This document shows, one piece after another, positions 11,656 to 25,121 of a stretch of 64,000 bases of DNA (its first letter is position 1; each line of letters begins with the position of its first letter). The translations under genes and the position numbers were made by a program. The stretch covers positions 248,001 to 312,000 of the forward strand of contig CM039000.1 of NCBI GenBank assembly GCA_017499595.2. Direction: 5' to 3'. Source of the stretch: Psilocybe cubensis. Taxonomy: Eukaryota. Below the pieces are notes generated by a model, which saw nothing but the letters and a program-made list of their open reading frames with translations, searched no databases and was not told the DNA's origin.

Positions 11656-13249
11656 AGTAAAACCAGTCCAACGCGCCCAAGAAACCTCAATCCACGATAC
11701 GGCGCGGTGCAAAGTCTTCACAACCATGTTGTCACGTTGTTCACAGGGGTGCGGATTGTTCGCGCTATGTGCACCCGCATCCACTGGAGATACCAACAGT
11801 ACAACATGTTTGTCAAGACAGCAGCAGCCGTCCATAGCACCAGTTTAGAACAGCCTCTCATACAGTCCCAAGCAAGCCCGACTTGAGGCAGGTGTAACAA
11901 CACGGGCGCGCATGTACATGACACGCATATATGGCATCCTCGAGAAGTCACGTAGTTTGTTGAGGTCAAATTCGGTGTTGGAGCTGGAATTTTACCGGAT
12001 AGAGCGACGGGGTAGAGCAGCAGCACCATCGTAGACCGTACCCTCAGCGACTGAACGCACCGCGTCGTGTCATCGTGTCACTGGCGACACCGTGAGAGAC
12101 GCGGACACAGAGCAAAGGAAGAAAACAGCGCAAAAAATTCCCGAGACTTTGTAAAGGTGAGCACTGGAGCTGTAGAGACGAGAACATGGTGGTAGGAAAG
12201 AAAGCGTGACGGCGCGTTGAGTCGCGATCACTCTGGCAAGGCACGTGCTCGCGGAACAACCCGCGCTGAGAACCAAAATAAAGATTACGTTAACGTAGAA
12301 TGGAACCGGCATCCGGCAACTGAATGCCGACTTTAAAAACCGTTCTCGGCGTTCATTTACTAAGTACAATTGTAGACCAACGTCGAACGACTACCTTCTG
12401 CACTATGTAACGCCAATTATAGTCATAGGAATGGCTATACCGTATAGGTATTGGCATATGTATGGCCTGGACCATGAATTGTTTCCCATTTACAGAGGTT
12501 CAGAAGCGCAGAAGTGCAGAAGTCTGATTGACCATCGCGCCCAAGTTCCAACCGGCTTCCCTGACCTTTGCCAACAGACTGGACTAGACATTGGATTTAC
12601 ATTTACACTTACATACTAAGATACCCGTGATACTAAGCATCTTTTGTAGGTCTGTACTGAAGCTTGTTGAAGCATTCAAGCAAGCACCGACCGACGGACC
12701 AGCTCACGAGTCAATTGTCATAGGTTCATCAAATGTCTAAATGCCTGTATACATAAATATTACTATCTCATCTCATCCTCCACCCAAATCCCGAACCTAG
12801 CAAAGCCGTACTTACAGCGTATAGTAATATACGTAACCCCCTTTCACTCTTCCTATTCCCCTTCCCATTCCTATTTCAGGAAGAATGGCCTCGAGGTAAG
12901 TGAGTAAGTTTAGGCACTGACACACGCGTGATGCGGCATAAGTCCCCCGGTGGTATTTGACAGAACAATGGCTAATGCTTACAGTATAGTGTAGTTGGGT
13001 TATATGTGTTTCTGGGATCAGAATGAGAAGCAGAGCAAATGCATCAATATCTATCACATCTATCATACGTATCAAAAGTTCGCTGTAGTAGTAGCAGAAG
13101 ACGGTTTATTATTAACAAACGGGATCTCCGCTTCATACTTTGACTTTGCTCTTCGGGTTTCTGACGCATTGGGGTTACAATGCTAAATGGCTCCCCAATG
13201 TAAAGCTAATGCCCTTCTTCGATGCGAAACGTCCAAAAACACATTGTTC

Positions 13250-13830
13250 TTCTGGTTAAGGATATCATAATCAAGATCATTGCATTAGCTATTCTATACA
13301 TCCTTTCTTCAAAGACTTATGTGTGATAATCATCTAAATAGTAGTTTATGAACTACAACGGAACCAGCGTTCTTTTCTGGTGGTTGAACTATGTCGGTGG
13401 AATGGTGCATAAATGGAGATGGATTTACGCATGCATGCGCATCTCCCATACGCGAGCCAGTGAGCGCTCCCACACGTCGCCGGCGGTACAAAGCTAATTA
13501 CCATCACAACAATTGTGGCCGTCATACGGTCTCCGAACCGGTCCATGAACTTCAACCTGAGTTCGGAATGTATGCATTTGCGAAAATGTTTCTTGTAAAT
13601 AAAATACAAGACTTATACTCAACTTCGGAACGTGAAGTACAACAACTCCTAAATTAACAAACAAACGATAACTTCACAAATAGATGGCTCGTGACCCCCT
13701 TTCCCCTTCGCAACATAAATTGGGGCCCTTTTTCAAGACTGCAGATATCCCGAGTCAAAAGCGTCACGGTGTCGTGTTGTCCTCGAAAAATGTACAGATG
13801 CTTTCTAGTTGATGTTCTTATTTCATGTCC
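13250..13830 (+). pseudogene. Possible decayed BTB/POZ-domain gene
   Basis: Fragments VEWCINGDGF and MYAFAKMFLVNKIQDL resemble fungal BTB motifs (..WLY.GDY; .Y..ADKY.I..L). Stops interrupt the region. Confidence 0.25.
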
Positions 13831-16800
13831 AAATTGATACAAGTAGAATAAACACCCTCGATGCCATGACGAGAGAAAACAACCCACTCAGGCTCATCAT
13901 ATCATATCATATGCGATAACGACAATAATAATTGATAACGGTATGCTCTGAGTGATCTCAGTGATGGATAAAGTACGGTATGTATGTAGTGGGATCACTG
14001 ATGGTCGCCTCTGCCACCAATCACTGCAGACCATCAGTCCATCAAACACCACACGCACGCTGACCCGTTCGTTCAACTCGCTAATCAATATAGCTTGGTT
14101 ATGTAATTCTGATCCCTGAGCGCGAACATTGGAGTCGGGACGTCGGTGACTCACCAAAAGCCCGCGAGGAAAGGAAAGGGGGGGAGCGAAGATGCGCATC
14201 AAAATGATAGAATGATAAGCATGACGACGGCCAACCGCGCCTGATGCGTTCCGAACCGCGAGCTGGTTCGGTTTCATGTTCGCACAAATCGCCCACACCC
14301 GCCAAACTCAGCCAAACTCCCGCGGACAGGTTAAAGTTATAATCGAGACTTCTTGAAGTTGAAGTTGAACGAACTACTTGACTGGATGAGTACACGTACG
14401 CGCCTTGATCCACACCTCCATTCCTGTTTTCTCTTTTAATCTGTTCTTTTCGTTCATTTTGGACGATGAATGGGATCAAATGGATCAGAAGGTTTTAAAA
14501 GACCGACAAGCTCAACGATCAATCCAATCTTGAATTACCAATACCTAGTCTTCGTGCATTTTGTACCATTACCTGCAGCTCGGAAATGAGTCATGGCTCG
14601 AAGTCAAGAAAGACTGGGCTCTGAGGCTGGCATTCGGAACAGTCACCTGCAGTGTATCCCTACATAACTTCTGCCGTGACCACAACGATCAACGATCTTC
14701 TAGCATTGACGCGCTTCCGACGAGTCTCTCTTGTCCACTTCTCCATTTCCCCTCCTCTTCCCTTCCTCTTAGCAAATAATCGGTCACAGCATCAGACATC
14801 CCCCACTGGGCCGGCTTGAACTCAAACTCGCACAATTCTCGATCTTCGCGCACATTCTCCTTTACATATCCCAATCCCAACATTGAACACCGACCTCCGC
14901 GAGTCCGCCACCATCATGTCCTATTCTATCCTATCCAAGACATACTTACCTGAGCCTGAGCGCGAGCTTTAGCCTTAGCCTCGGAACGTCGGTCCACAAA
15001 CAAACAACCCTCTCCGATCCGAATCAGAGTCCGAGGTCGCGTGCCGTGTCCGCTTACGCTTTGCATTCTTACATTTTTCACCCTGCCTCGCGTCTGCATC
15101 GCTTTCAATTGCCTCACGGACCCACTCTGCCGTCTAACGTAGAAACGGGGTTCGCAAGCTGCTTATATTATAATGCTTAGGCGGCTGACCCTCTGCGGCT
15201 CAGGCGACACTCGGACATAAGCTTATTATTAAATGACTTAGAAAATGGAATCGTTGACATAAGAGAGCAACGCATTCAATATTCAAGGTTGGCTTGACAC
15301 GATCCATTCATGATACAATCACAAAAACTCAGGTAAACGCTACTAGGCCACGTACGTACTTATTCTAATTCCAATTCCAATACACTCGTTTTGATACTAC
15401 TATACAATATACAATATATCCTAGCCGGAAGATCCGCTTAGGGCACTCAATACGTGCCAACATGTGGATAAACCCTTCCAGACCCTTACAGTCCACAACG
15501 GGCAATCATGATGGACTCGTCTTCGCCTCGTTTGACAAATATCGAACATCGGATATGAATCACAGAAGCGAGCTCTGCTCTGCGACTGGGAGCCTGTAGC
15601 AAGCCTAATCGCAACTTGAACCCTTCGCTTTCCCTGTCCCTGTCCCTGTCCTGCATATGTTAAGTGCATACGTGTCGATCCTCCTCGAGTCTCGACTCTC
15701 GCGCCTCGTGGTTCATGTTCATCCTTTCCTAGCCACGCCACTATCTATCAAGGACATTGCATTACACGTTATTCCCACCTGAAAACCATATTCTGAACCC
15801 AAATCCGCACCATATGCCTGTGCGCCACTGCACCCTACTTAATGTTAGATAAAATAGGGCAGGCTAAGCAGCCCTGAAATAAGAAACTTGAATTTGGAGT
15901 GGTACATGCATTTATTTTCTTAAGTTTAGAGTGGGTAACTCCACTCCCAGGCCATATTTTCTCGCCCCACGCCCCACGCCCCACGCACACCGTACTCCAT
16001 GCTCCAGCCACTGCACTGTGCCAGGTGCACAACATCCATCTATCTACACTGTTGTCTGTATATTAAGATAACGATGGCATGGATAGCGCATGGAACTTTT
16101 AGACAAATTGAGCGGGATGATTGGAGTTGAAAATGGTAACTTCAAAAAGAACTCGGCCCTCTGAACTTGGACGCGCAGAAATACCGGTACCGGCTCGGTT
16201 TACTCAGTTAACTGCTCAGACTGCTCGCTTTGCACTTTGTACTTTAGATTTTGGATTTGCACGGTCCAGTCAGGCACCTTCTGAAATCTGTCTTACTCTC
16301 ACCGACCACTGACCTCGCTATGATTGTGATAATCGCAGGATGATGATGAGGAAGAGAGGCGCAGAAGGAGGAACGAAGCCAGAACCACACGCCCACTTAT
16401 CCCACCGTTCTATTAATAATCATAATTCCTCCCCAAAATTCCAAAAATCCGGGAACAAAAAACCATACAAGATTATCCGACCTACATACGCAAAGTTCGA
16501 AGTAAAATAAAATAAAAAAACCATAAAAAACTTAGTTAAGAAAAAAACCAATACCCTCGGACCCCGCGGCATCCCTCTCCTTCTTTCTCCCTCTCTCCCT
16601 CCCCCTTCCTCCCTTCACATCCTCTTCCGAGACCCGGAGTCTCCCGGAGTACACATACGCTCGAGCGCTCGAGCGCTTGACTCGCGCAAGCAAAAAGCGC
16701 GGAACGAGACTCGGAACTCGGAGATACACCCCGGGTCCTCCGTCTCCCGAGTCCCGTCTCCCGTCTGCAGACTCCCCGTACCCAATCTCCTGCGTTCGGA

Positions 16801-17952
16801 ACATAAGCTATACTATCCAATGTAAAAGCTGCTCGTAAGCGGCGCCGGAACATAAAACATAGCATCAAATATCAAACAGTGCATTTCGCAAATTTGAATT
16901 TCGTATGTTTCGCCCGGGGTCGACGTACGCACTTCGACTTCAAACTTCACACTTTGAACGTTGAACTTTGAACAATATTTTCACATTGCATTTTGCACAT
17001 TCGAAACATCATAAAAACCACACAAAACATAACACAGAAAAAACCAAAACCGTTCAAGTCAAAAAAGGATCCGTACAAAGTACACTAATTTATATATATG
17101 CGTTGCGTTGCGTTGTATGTCTGTATGTATGTATGTATGTGAAAAAAGCTCGACCGGTATATGCGATGTGTGATGTATAAGACAAGTGTATGCGGTGTGG
17201 TGGATAAGTGGATGTGAAGTACGGGACAAAAAATGCGGGTAGAACACGACAGGGAAAAGATGAGAAAAGGAAAGAAAGTAAAAAATTACTTTAATAAACA
17301 GAAAGAAACGAGACGAAAAGGAAAAGAGAAAAAAAAATCAATATCTATACGTACGGAACCCAGCAAACACAAAAAGAAAAAAAGAAATCAAAAGTCAAAC
17401 TCAAAGAAGCGACAATCCAGCAAAAAAAAAAGACAGGAAAGAGTCAAACCAAAAGGAAAACAGTACACTTTTTGAGCGAGATCAAAGAGAAAACGATGGG
17501 ATATTGGATATACAAGGGAAATCAGGACAAAGACGAGGATAAGTCGTCGGTCGGATTTTGATGGGTGATGTGGTTGTGGTGGGGTCGGTGGTGATACAAC
17601 GAGATAAAAAATCACGGTGAATAATGTATGCTTATCAAACACGGATAGAGTGAGTGGGATAGAAGTAGTGGTGGAAGTGAGGAGGGATAAACGGTGTTGG
17701 TGGTGGTACAAATGGTACAGAAAGTTCGCAAAGGAGCTGTGAGCGACGGTTACATTTGCTTGTGCGATTATTCGATTATTGTGGAAAAAGAGACGAAAGA
17801 AAGTAAAAAAGAGTGGTATCGTGGCGGGGATCGTTATAGTTGCATTGCGTTGCGTGGCATGGTGTGGTGTGGGTGTTGCGAATAAATATAGGTAGTGTAG
17901 TAGAATTGGCGGGTGAATGGGGTCGATGCGTAGAAGTCGATTTGCTTCCTCC

Positions 17953-18897
17953 TCACGCCTCAACACTCACAACGCTCGACAAACAGCTCTTCACATAATC
18001 CCTCCCCTGGCCTTGCGTATGCATCGCCATGCGACGGCGCATCGGCTTGCCGACGGCATGCACCCTGTTCAAAAGGATGCTTGCGACGACTTTAGACAGG
18101 TTTGGTGGCGGCGCGCGGGGGAGGGGCGTTGGCGTTGGCGTTGCTGATCGCTGTGGGTTGGGTGTGGGAGAAGTCGATCGAGCTGGAGTCACAGCACCGG
18201 CAGCAGGCGTGAACGATGGCGCACGCGGAGAAAGCGTTGTGGATATCGGACGGGGACGCGGGCGCGGAGGCGTGTACATCTGGATATCCGACGCAGCGGC
18301 GGGTGGGATGTGGATCGTATACGGCGCCGCGGGTGTATGCGTATGCGTCGGCTGCTGCTGCTCCGAGACCGATACGGCGTCATTCAGCGAGTCCGATGCA
18401 GGCGCAGCAGCACCCGCCGAGACAGGCTCGTCCGCGAACGGGTCGAACTTGTACGTCGGCGGCATGCGGATCGACACCGAACGGCGCCTGCTGCCGCTGC
18501 GCTGGGCGTCCGCGCTGGGCTTCCGCGGTCCATTCGGGGCATACGAGGCGTGAGCGTGCTGTCCTCCCTGCAGCTGAGGCTGCTGGCGATGCGCGCTCCC
18601 CGCTCCTACAACGGGAGCCCCGCCATGGGTGAGATCCCGCAGGTGGTGCGTGTACATGTGGGTGTTGTGCGTGCTGATGCTCGTGTACCCCCCGTGCTGG
18701 CTCTGGTGGTGGTGGTGGTGAGGACGCGGGGGTTGTGAGATGATATTATTGTGATTAGCGGGCGAGTTATGGTTGTGGTTGAACTGGTTGAGGTACTGGG
18801 AGGAGGCAGATGTGGCGGCCCAGGCTGCGGAGTGCGGGTGCGCGGCGGAGAAGGAAGAATGGATGGTGCGGATATAGTGGGCGGGGGCGGCAGCCAT
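17953..18897 (-). CDS. Intronless His/Pro/Ala-rich hypothetical protein, 314 aa
   Basis: GC-rich ORF inside AT-rich, low-complexity flanks. TATATAAA lies about 110 nt upstream (near 19008-19015). The C-terminus looks ordered: PPPNLSKVVASILLNRVHAVGKPMRRR...YVKSCLSSVVSVEA. Confidence 0.75.
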   Translation of the reverse strand: MAAAPAHYIRTIHSSFSAAHPHSAAWAATSASSQYLNQFNHNHNSPANHNNIISQPPRPHHHHHQSQHGGYTSISTHNTHMYTHHLRDLTHGGAPVVGAGSAHRQQPQLQGGQHAHASYAPNGPRKPSADAQRSGSRRRSVSIRMPPTYKFDPFADEPVSAGAAAPASDSLNDAVSVSEQQQPTHTHTPAAPYTIHIPPAAASDIQMYTPPRPRPRPISTTLSPRAPSFTPAAGAVTPARSTSPTPNPQRSATPTPTPLPRAPPPNLSKVVASILLNRVHAVGKPMRRRMAMHTQGQGRDYVKSCLSSVVSVEA

Positions 18898-21800
18898 TGA
18901 TGAAGTGGTCGTCGTCGTCGTCGGGGGCGTTGGTGGGCGTTGGTGTTGGTGATGCAGAAGGGGAACGAGGCAGTTGTAGAGGGACTTGTGGGCTGATGAG
19001 AGGCGGTGTTTATATAAACGGAAAAGATAACAACGTTCGCTCCTAATTTGGGCTTGGGATGTGATCGGGATCGACTCTTTGACCCCGAGCCGAACCGGTG
19101 CGAGCCTGGCGAGCTTCTCGTAACGCCTGGACAGGAGCTGGCTCGTCTCGATGCTTCCTTGTTGCTCCAGGCGTTGTCCCTTGTATAGAGTACGCTTTGT
19201 CCAGCCGTCCCTGCATTCCGACTTTCTCCACTTACGATATCATCACGGGCACCGCATATATTCACACATTCCAGTACATTCTAAACTCTAATTTCTATTG
19301 CTGATAGCTGCGAGAGCGATAGTTCAGGGATATACGACTTGTACGACTGGGAAGACTACCGCCACGTCAAAACGAAAGCAGCAGTCTGACTTGCAAACTG
19401 AACCGACTCGACTCGTTCATCCAACTTACCAAATATGTACATACATCCATAACAAAAATAAATATCCAATTTTGACTTGATTCAATTGCACAAAAATGCA
19501 GCACGTGGATCTGCCAAACCCTTTTGCTCAAATGCGGTGCGATGATGACGCATACGCAAACAATGCCAACGCAGGGGAGCACAGATGCTGCAATGTATAG
19601 ATGAAGAGATCAGATTTCCCATCGCTCGTCTCGTCCACTCACAAGCGATTCGCGATTCGCGAAAGTGGATCTTGCTTCTTCTCCTGCTCCTGGGAGAAAA
19701 AGCATAAAGAAAGGGGAGAGGGACCGGTTACATCCGCGTCCGGTCTGCTGCTGTGCTAGGGCCCCTGGGGTAAACGTAAATCGCAAAACTAAGCATGTGT
19801 CTCAGTGTGGTGCAAACTGCAACTTCACACTCACACTCACTTAAACTGCCGCGGCGCGACGGCGGAGGAGGCAAAGGCGGAGGGAAAGACGACACAAGTG
19901 CACAGGCGCATTGTTCACATCGATCGATCTTGCACTAAACATATAATCAAACCTCCGTCCTTCCGTTTCCTGCGCCCTCTGCGTATATTGCCCAGCCTCA
20001 GTTCCAGTGCTCAGTGAACTGTACTATGTCCGTCCAGATAAAGAGTACCGTTTGTACCTCCTGAACGTCAAAAACCCTTTTGTTTCGTGATAAGCATGTA
20101 TAAATGCACTATTAATCACCTTCTCGAATTCTAATGTCAACCGCAACCTGTACATTGGGGCCGCTAAGATTATCTTACTTGGCTTAATCATAATAGCAAC
20201 TCGACCGTCGACGTCAATCCGCTCCCGCACCTCGCCCGACAACGCGACATATGGTTATGCACGCTATACATGGCGGCGGGATGCACATATGTCTGGTGAC
20301 AATTGATGATGATGTCGATAAGTATGGAAAGGGATAGGATTGGTGTGCTAGTACTAGCATACTAGCATACAAATATGCTAAGATAGCAATACGAATACAG
20401 TGCTAGCAGTACTAGTAATCACGGAGTCGGCGGGGAGTGTTAGAAACTTGCACTGCACCACGCTCAGTTTAACCCATCAACCGATGCAGAACGGTCAACA
20501 TTCAAGCTCCACGATCCGACTCGGACTCCGTGCGCAGTGTGAATACAATTACAATTACGCCTTAAGGGGCCTATGAACTTTGAAGTCTAGACTCGACTCA
20601 AAAATAAACCATACACTTAGGTTAGGGTAAGTCAAAGCTCGACGGAGTCATCCGTCCATGGAATCATGAATGAACGTTGATGTAATCAGCATCGGAATCT
20701 TTGTCCCTTTCTATTAACCAAGTTCTGATGGAAATAGTATTAGTAGCAGTAATAGTAATGGATTGATACTGGTAACGATAACAATAAGAACAACAATGCT
20801 CCATTCGCCATTCACCATTCACATTTACACTCACCATTCTTAAGAAGCAGAAGCCTCGCTCATTGGCAGATGTCTTTCGTATAGTCAATAAGATGCTTAC
20901 CTACTCTAATTTACTTCGCTTTGCTTTCCTTCGAAATCTTTTCTTAAACTCGATCCTGACGAGCGACATGAAAAATGATATTGTTACTGATACCGATAAA
21001 AATAAAAATAAAGATACGTACATACGTGATCATGATACCAAGTCTAAATCAAAGTATAAGGAAATAGAAAACAGGAAGTGATGGTTCCTCTCGCCTTGTG
21101 AATCGCATCTCCATAAACTATCTCCTCTCCTCCTCTCCTCTCTTCCTCCTCTTCCTCTCTTACTTCTCCTTGCTTCTTCTTCTCCAAACAAACAAATAAA
21201 CAAAGCCATTACTGCCGCTGCCCCAATCCTAACAGATATACCCATTCAATTACCACATACCCTACAGAGTATCGAATTAGACACCCCAAACGAAGTGCAT
21301 ATTTTGACCACATAGCTCCATGAACTGAGTGGATGAAGAGCGGGTCCGGGAGCCGGCAACTCTAAACACGGGAAATACCCGGACATACCCGGCACAGCTA
21401 TTCATGTCACCAATCGGCATCAGCATTCGGCATCAGACATCTGGCATTCGGCATTGTCGCGGCACCGGGCAGGGTTTGAAATTCTGTTACCTGCAACTTA
21501 CGTAAGTATAACTTTAAGTAATGCCGTTTTGCCGCACAATACAATTCCGCCGTTGAAAGACAGCCAGGGTCGACTGAAGACCTCAAGAGACTCAGAGTCA
21601 CAAATTTCAATGCTAATTTAAATCAGTCATACTAATAGTATTACAGTAAGAGTAATAGAAATAGTCAGACAGACGCCACAGGTAGTCTAGTAATTAAGTT
21701 TGATGCGTTAACGTTTAGAATTGGAGTGGAGGGACTCTAAAGGTCCGAGATACAAGGTCCGAGGTCCGACGGACGAGAAATGGTTTGGTTGTGGTTGGGC

Positions 21801-23386
21801 GTTGGCTATTGGGCGGTTACACCGTGCGCGAGTTTCCCTTTCTTCTCTGTTATTTGGGGAAGACATCAGAGGCCCAACGGGACATGTCATCGAATAATGT
21901 AAACAAGGTAACTTGAGTAATGGTTTGATCAAGGTCAAAGGTTCTGTGAGCTCGAAGTCGAACTTTGAACTTTAAACTGTGAGCTTCTATCACTGGAAGA
22001 TAGTAAAAAAATTCTGAGATTCGGACCCATACATTACATGTTGAATTAAAAGGCAACATCACAGTAATCCCCCCGGCGCGCATACATCTAAGCATCTCGC
22101 GTATACAATACTTAGACTCTGAATCAGAGCGAGTGTACATTTCGCCAATTGACGTCGACGTCAATAACCCGGACCGTGACGGGCATGGCAATGGGCAACG
22201 GGCGACGGGCGACGGGAGCTATGTGACGTCGAGAGTCGAGACGTCGAGGGGTTACCCAGGTCCTCCGTGTTGTAATTATTGCAAGTTTCTTTATTGTTTA
22301 CCCGGCAAATTTTTTTGACAACTTGAATGCAATGGAATGAAGTCTCTGCGGCAATGACGTGCGGGTTCCGGACGCCAGCCTTGCTTCATTCCAAACGAAC
22401 GCGCTGGAGGATACACAGGAACATTAAGAGAAGGAAGGAGAGTAGTCGAATTCGGAATCGAATGAAGGTGAAATTGTGAATTGCGAGTTTTCGCCGGATC
22501 TGAGGTGCTAAGGCAGTCCGAGACCGTAAACGCTGATTATCTCTCAAGTGCCGACCTCCACTGTTTGATTTTTTGATTTCAACATTTAAGCTTCAGCATT
22601 ATTCAGAGTCTGTCTGTAACCCGGAACTCGGGACGACGTCAACATCAACAAAAAAGATGCATTTTTAACCCGTTTCTTATTTAACATGAAGGCCGCGTTC
22701 GAGTTCACCTGCCAGGAAGCTTCTGATGCATTGTCGTTGGTCAGTCAGCTATGTCGGTCACTTTATAATCAAGTTATAGCACTGACAGAAGCTGACAGAC
22801 AACCTGAGCCTCGTGCGTGTGTGTATATACACTGGGTAGCGTTTGGGAAGGCCGTGAGCCCATGGGTTCTCTCATAACTCAGCGTTTAGGTTGATCGCTG
22901 ACGCGGTCGTGATAGGAAGAAGCACTGCGACACGGACATGTCTTTTGATTTTGACGGAACGTGAACATCCAGTACACATGTGCACGCCAGACTCAGACGA
23001 ACACGCGCATGCGCATTGGCATTGATTTGAAGAGCTCCCGAATGATGGTGATTGAAGTGTGCCAATCTGTTCAAGCTCCCCCAGAATTCTGATGCCGTCG
23101 GTATAGATCGGTATGGTCGACGGTGATGCTATCGATGATGTGCTTTGTCTAATGAGAATGATACATTTAATTGACAGATGCTGGTTGTAGGTTTGAGTTG
23201 GGAATTTGACGGTGACGACTGTATGGACGGCTGCTGTTATATTCCCCGGATTTTTAGCTTACCGTATACTGATACAAAATGTGATGTATGATGTACTCTG
23301 ATGCTTGATAAATTTGCCTGATTATGCACATATTTATAATAACAGATTAAATGAAAACTACAGGGTATATCTAAGTTTACACTACG

Positions 23387-25121
23387 TTATTGAAGAAGTG
23401 AAGGGAAGTCGTAGTACTTTTTACGAACAAAAACTATCCTAATATGCCAGGTTGTATCAACATAAGATACGAGATCAAGGTTAAGATTCTCCTTTAAAAT
23501 CCCACCACTCTTGATCTCTGCATATTTGTAACCCGTTTCCTCGCTGTCAACGCTCGCAACCCAGCCAACAATGTAGAAGGACTCTTTCTCAAACTGAATC
23601 GTCTCGCTCTTCCCTTCTTCGGCGTGTGATTTTTTGGCTAGTCCTATCTCCTCTTCCCGCTTTCCTCTAAGCCCTTCAATGATGCCCTTCTTTCTAGCCG
23701 GCGTACAGTCCATAACTCTCTGAAAACCAGATATAGTCCCGTTCTCAAGCGTGACACGGCGCGATTTGCTCGACGGGTCCTGTCTACTAGACTCCCGCGT
23801 CTCCGTCATCCCAAACTCCTTCCGATCATAGGTCGTCCCCCGGTCCATACTAATCTGATCATCCTCAAACGGGTTCTTCTTCTTCCACTCCACGACCTTG
23901 CGCAGGAAGCTGTACCGGTTCAGCAGGTCATTCAGCTCCCCTTTGGACCGTTTGAGACGCCGCAGGGCGGTTTCACGCGCGACAGTGTCCTGCCCCATAT
24001 GCGTGCGGTCGCGTCTGAAGTTGGTTACGTGTTTCTGTGCGTCTGCGACGGTCTGTCGGTAAGCTTCGAAGTCGGGGTGTGAACACTGGGCTGCGAGGTT
24101 GTCGATTTTCACGCAGAGTTCCTCTGCCTGATGAAGGTCGGAGAAGATTGTTCTGGCAACTGGAAGCTTGTTTTCAATATCTACAGAGGGCACCACGCTA
24201 TAATGGCGGCATCACCGACATTGAGCCATACATGCCTCATAAACAAAGGTAGTAGAGCACACCTGTAATGCCGAAGCAGCGCTATCCGTGGGGTCCCCGT
24301 TGGCTTCGTTTTAGCCTTCTTGAGTTTCTGTGTGAACTCCAATGCAGCTGCAAGCTTTCCCAACGTTGTCAGATCCTGCACGAGTTCAAAATCGCACCCC
24401 GTTTGTTCAAAATCGACTGAAGCCACAAAGTCGTATTCAGAGGACTTCTTCGAGATATCTAACTCTGTCTTTGCAGAAAACAGCTTATCGAGCGAGGTGC
24501 GGGCACGGGATTTAAAGTCCTTCATGTTCTCAGTGTTGCTCGCTCTTTACAGCCAGGGTGGATGTAAATCAATACTATTATCAAACAATAAATGAAAAAA
24601 ACGTACTTGCACACCATGATCACATCAAACGAGTAGAACCTCTGCACTCCCGCGACAAAGTAGTCCCCATACCGCTCGCGAAACTTGACATAGTTCTTTG
24701 CCTGCAATATAGTTTCTGCACTCCCCCGGAGCTGCAACTTCGTCAGATCCAGCTGCTCGGGTTCAAACAGGCCCTCCGCCCTATGTCGGAAAACGACCGT
24801 ACGCTCAGAAGATCCCTTTGATTTTTCCAGCGCAATTCCCGCATCGATCGACACGCCCGTAATAGGTGCCGCTACTGGGAGGACGACGTTGACGGTCCCA
24901 GAGGAGCTGATCCGCTTCTTCTGCAAGGACGTGATGGTTTCCTCCGCAGCAGTGATTTTAGATGCTGACCTTTCGATTTTTGAGCTTTTGGCTGGTTCGG
25001 TAACTGTTCTGAAAGGGTTGGCGGCAATACCACCGGTGAGAGCATTTAATCCTAGTCCAAGTTTGAAGCCTAGAAGATCCCATGGTAGCTTGAGTGTTGT
25101 GTCAAACCTCTCCAGTGTCAT
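23387..25121 (-). CDS. MACPF/CDC-like putative pore-forming protein (3 exons, 535 aa)
   Basis: Introns 24545-24606 and 24198-24262 give one continuous frame (1608 nt). Motifs: N-terminal LGLGLNALTG, MACPF-signature-like FRERYGDYFVAG, GTPRIALLRHY, and a C-terminal beta-rich IVGW...GGIL...WHIRIVFV...YDF. No signal peptide is evident. Confidence 0.7.

Noticed and set aside
17233-17966. Lys-rich and hydrophobic ORFs
   Set aside because: Products of A-rich, low-complexity sequence downstream of the 314-aa gene.
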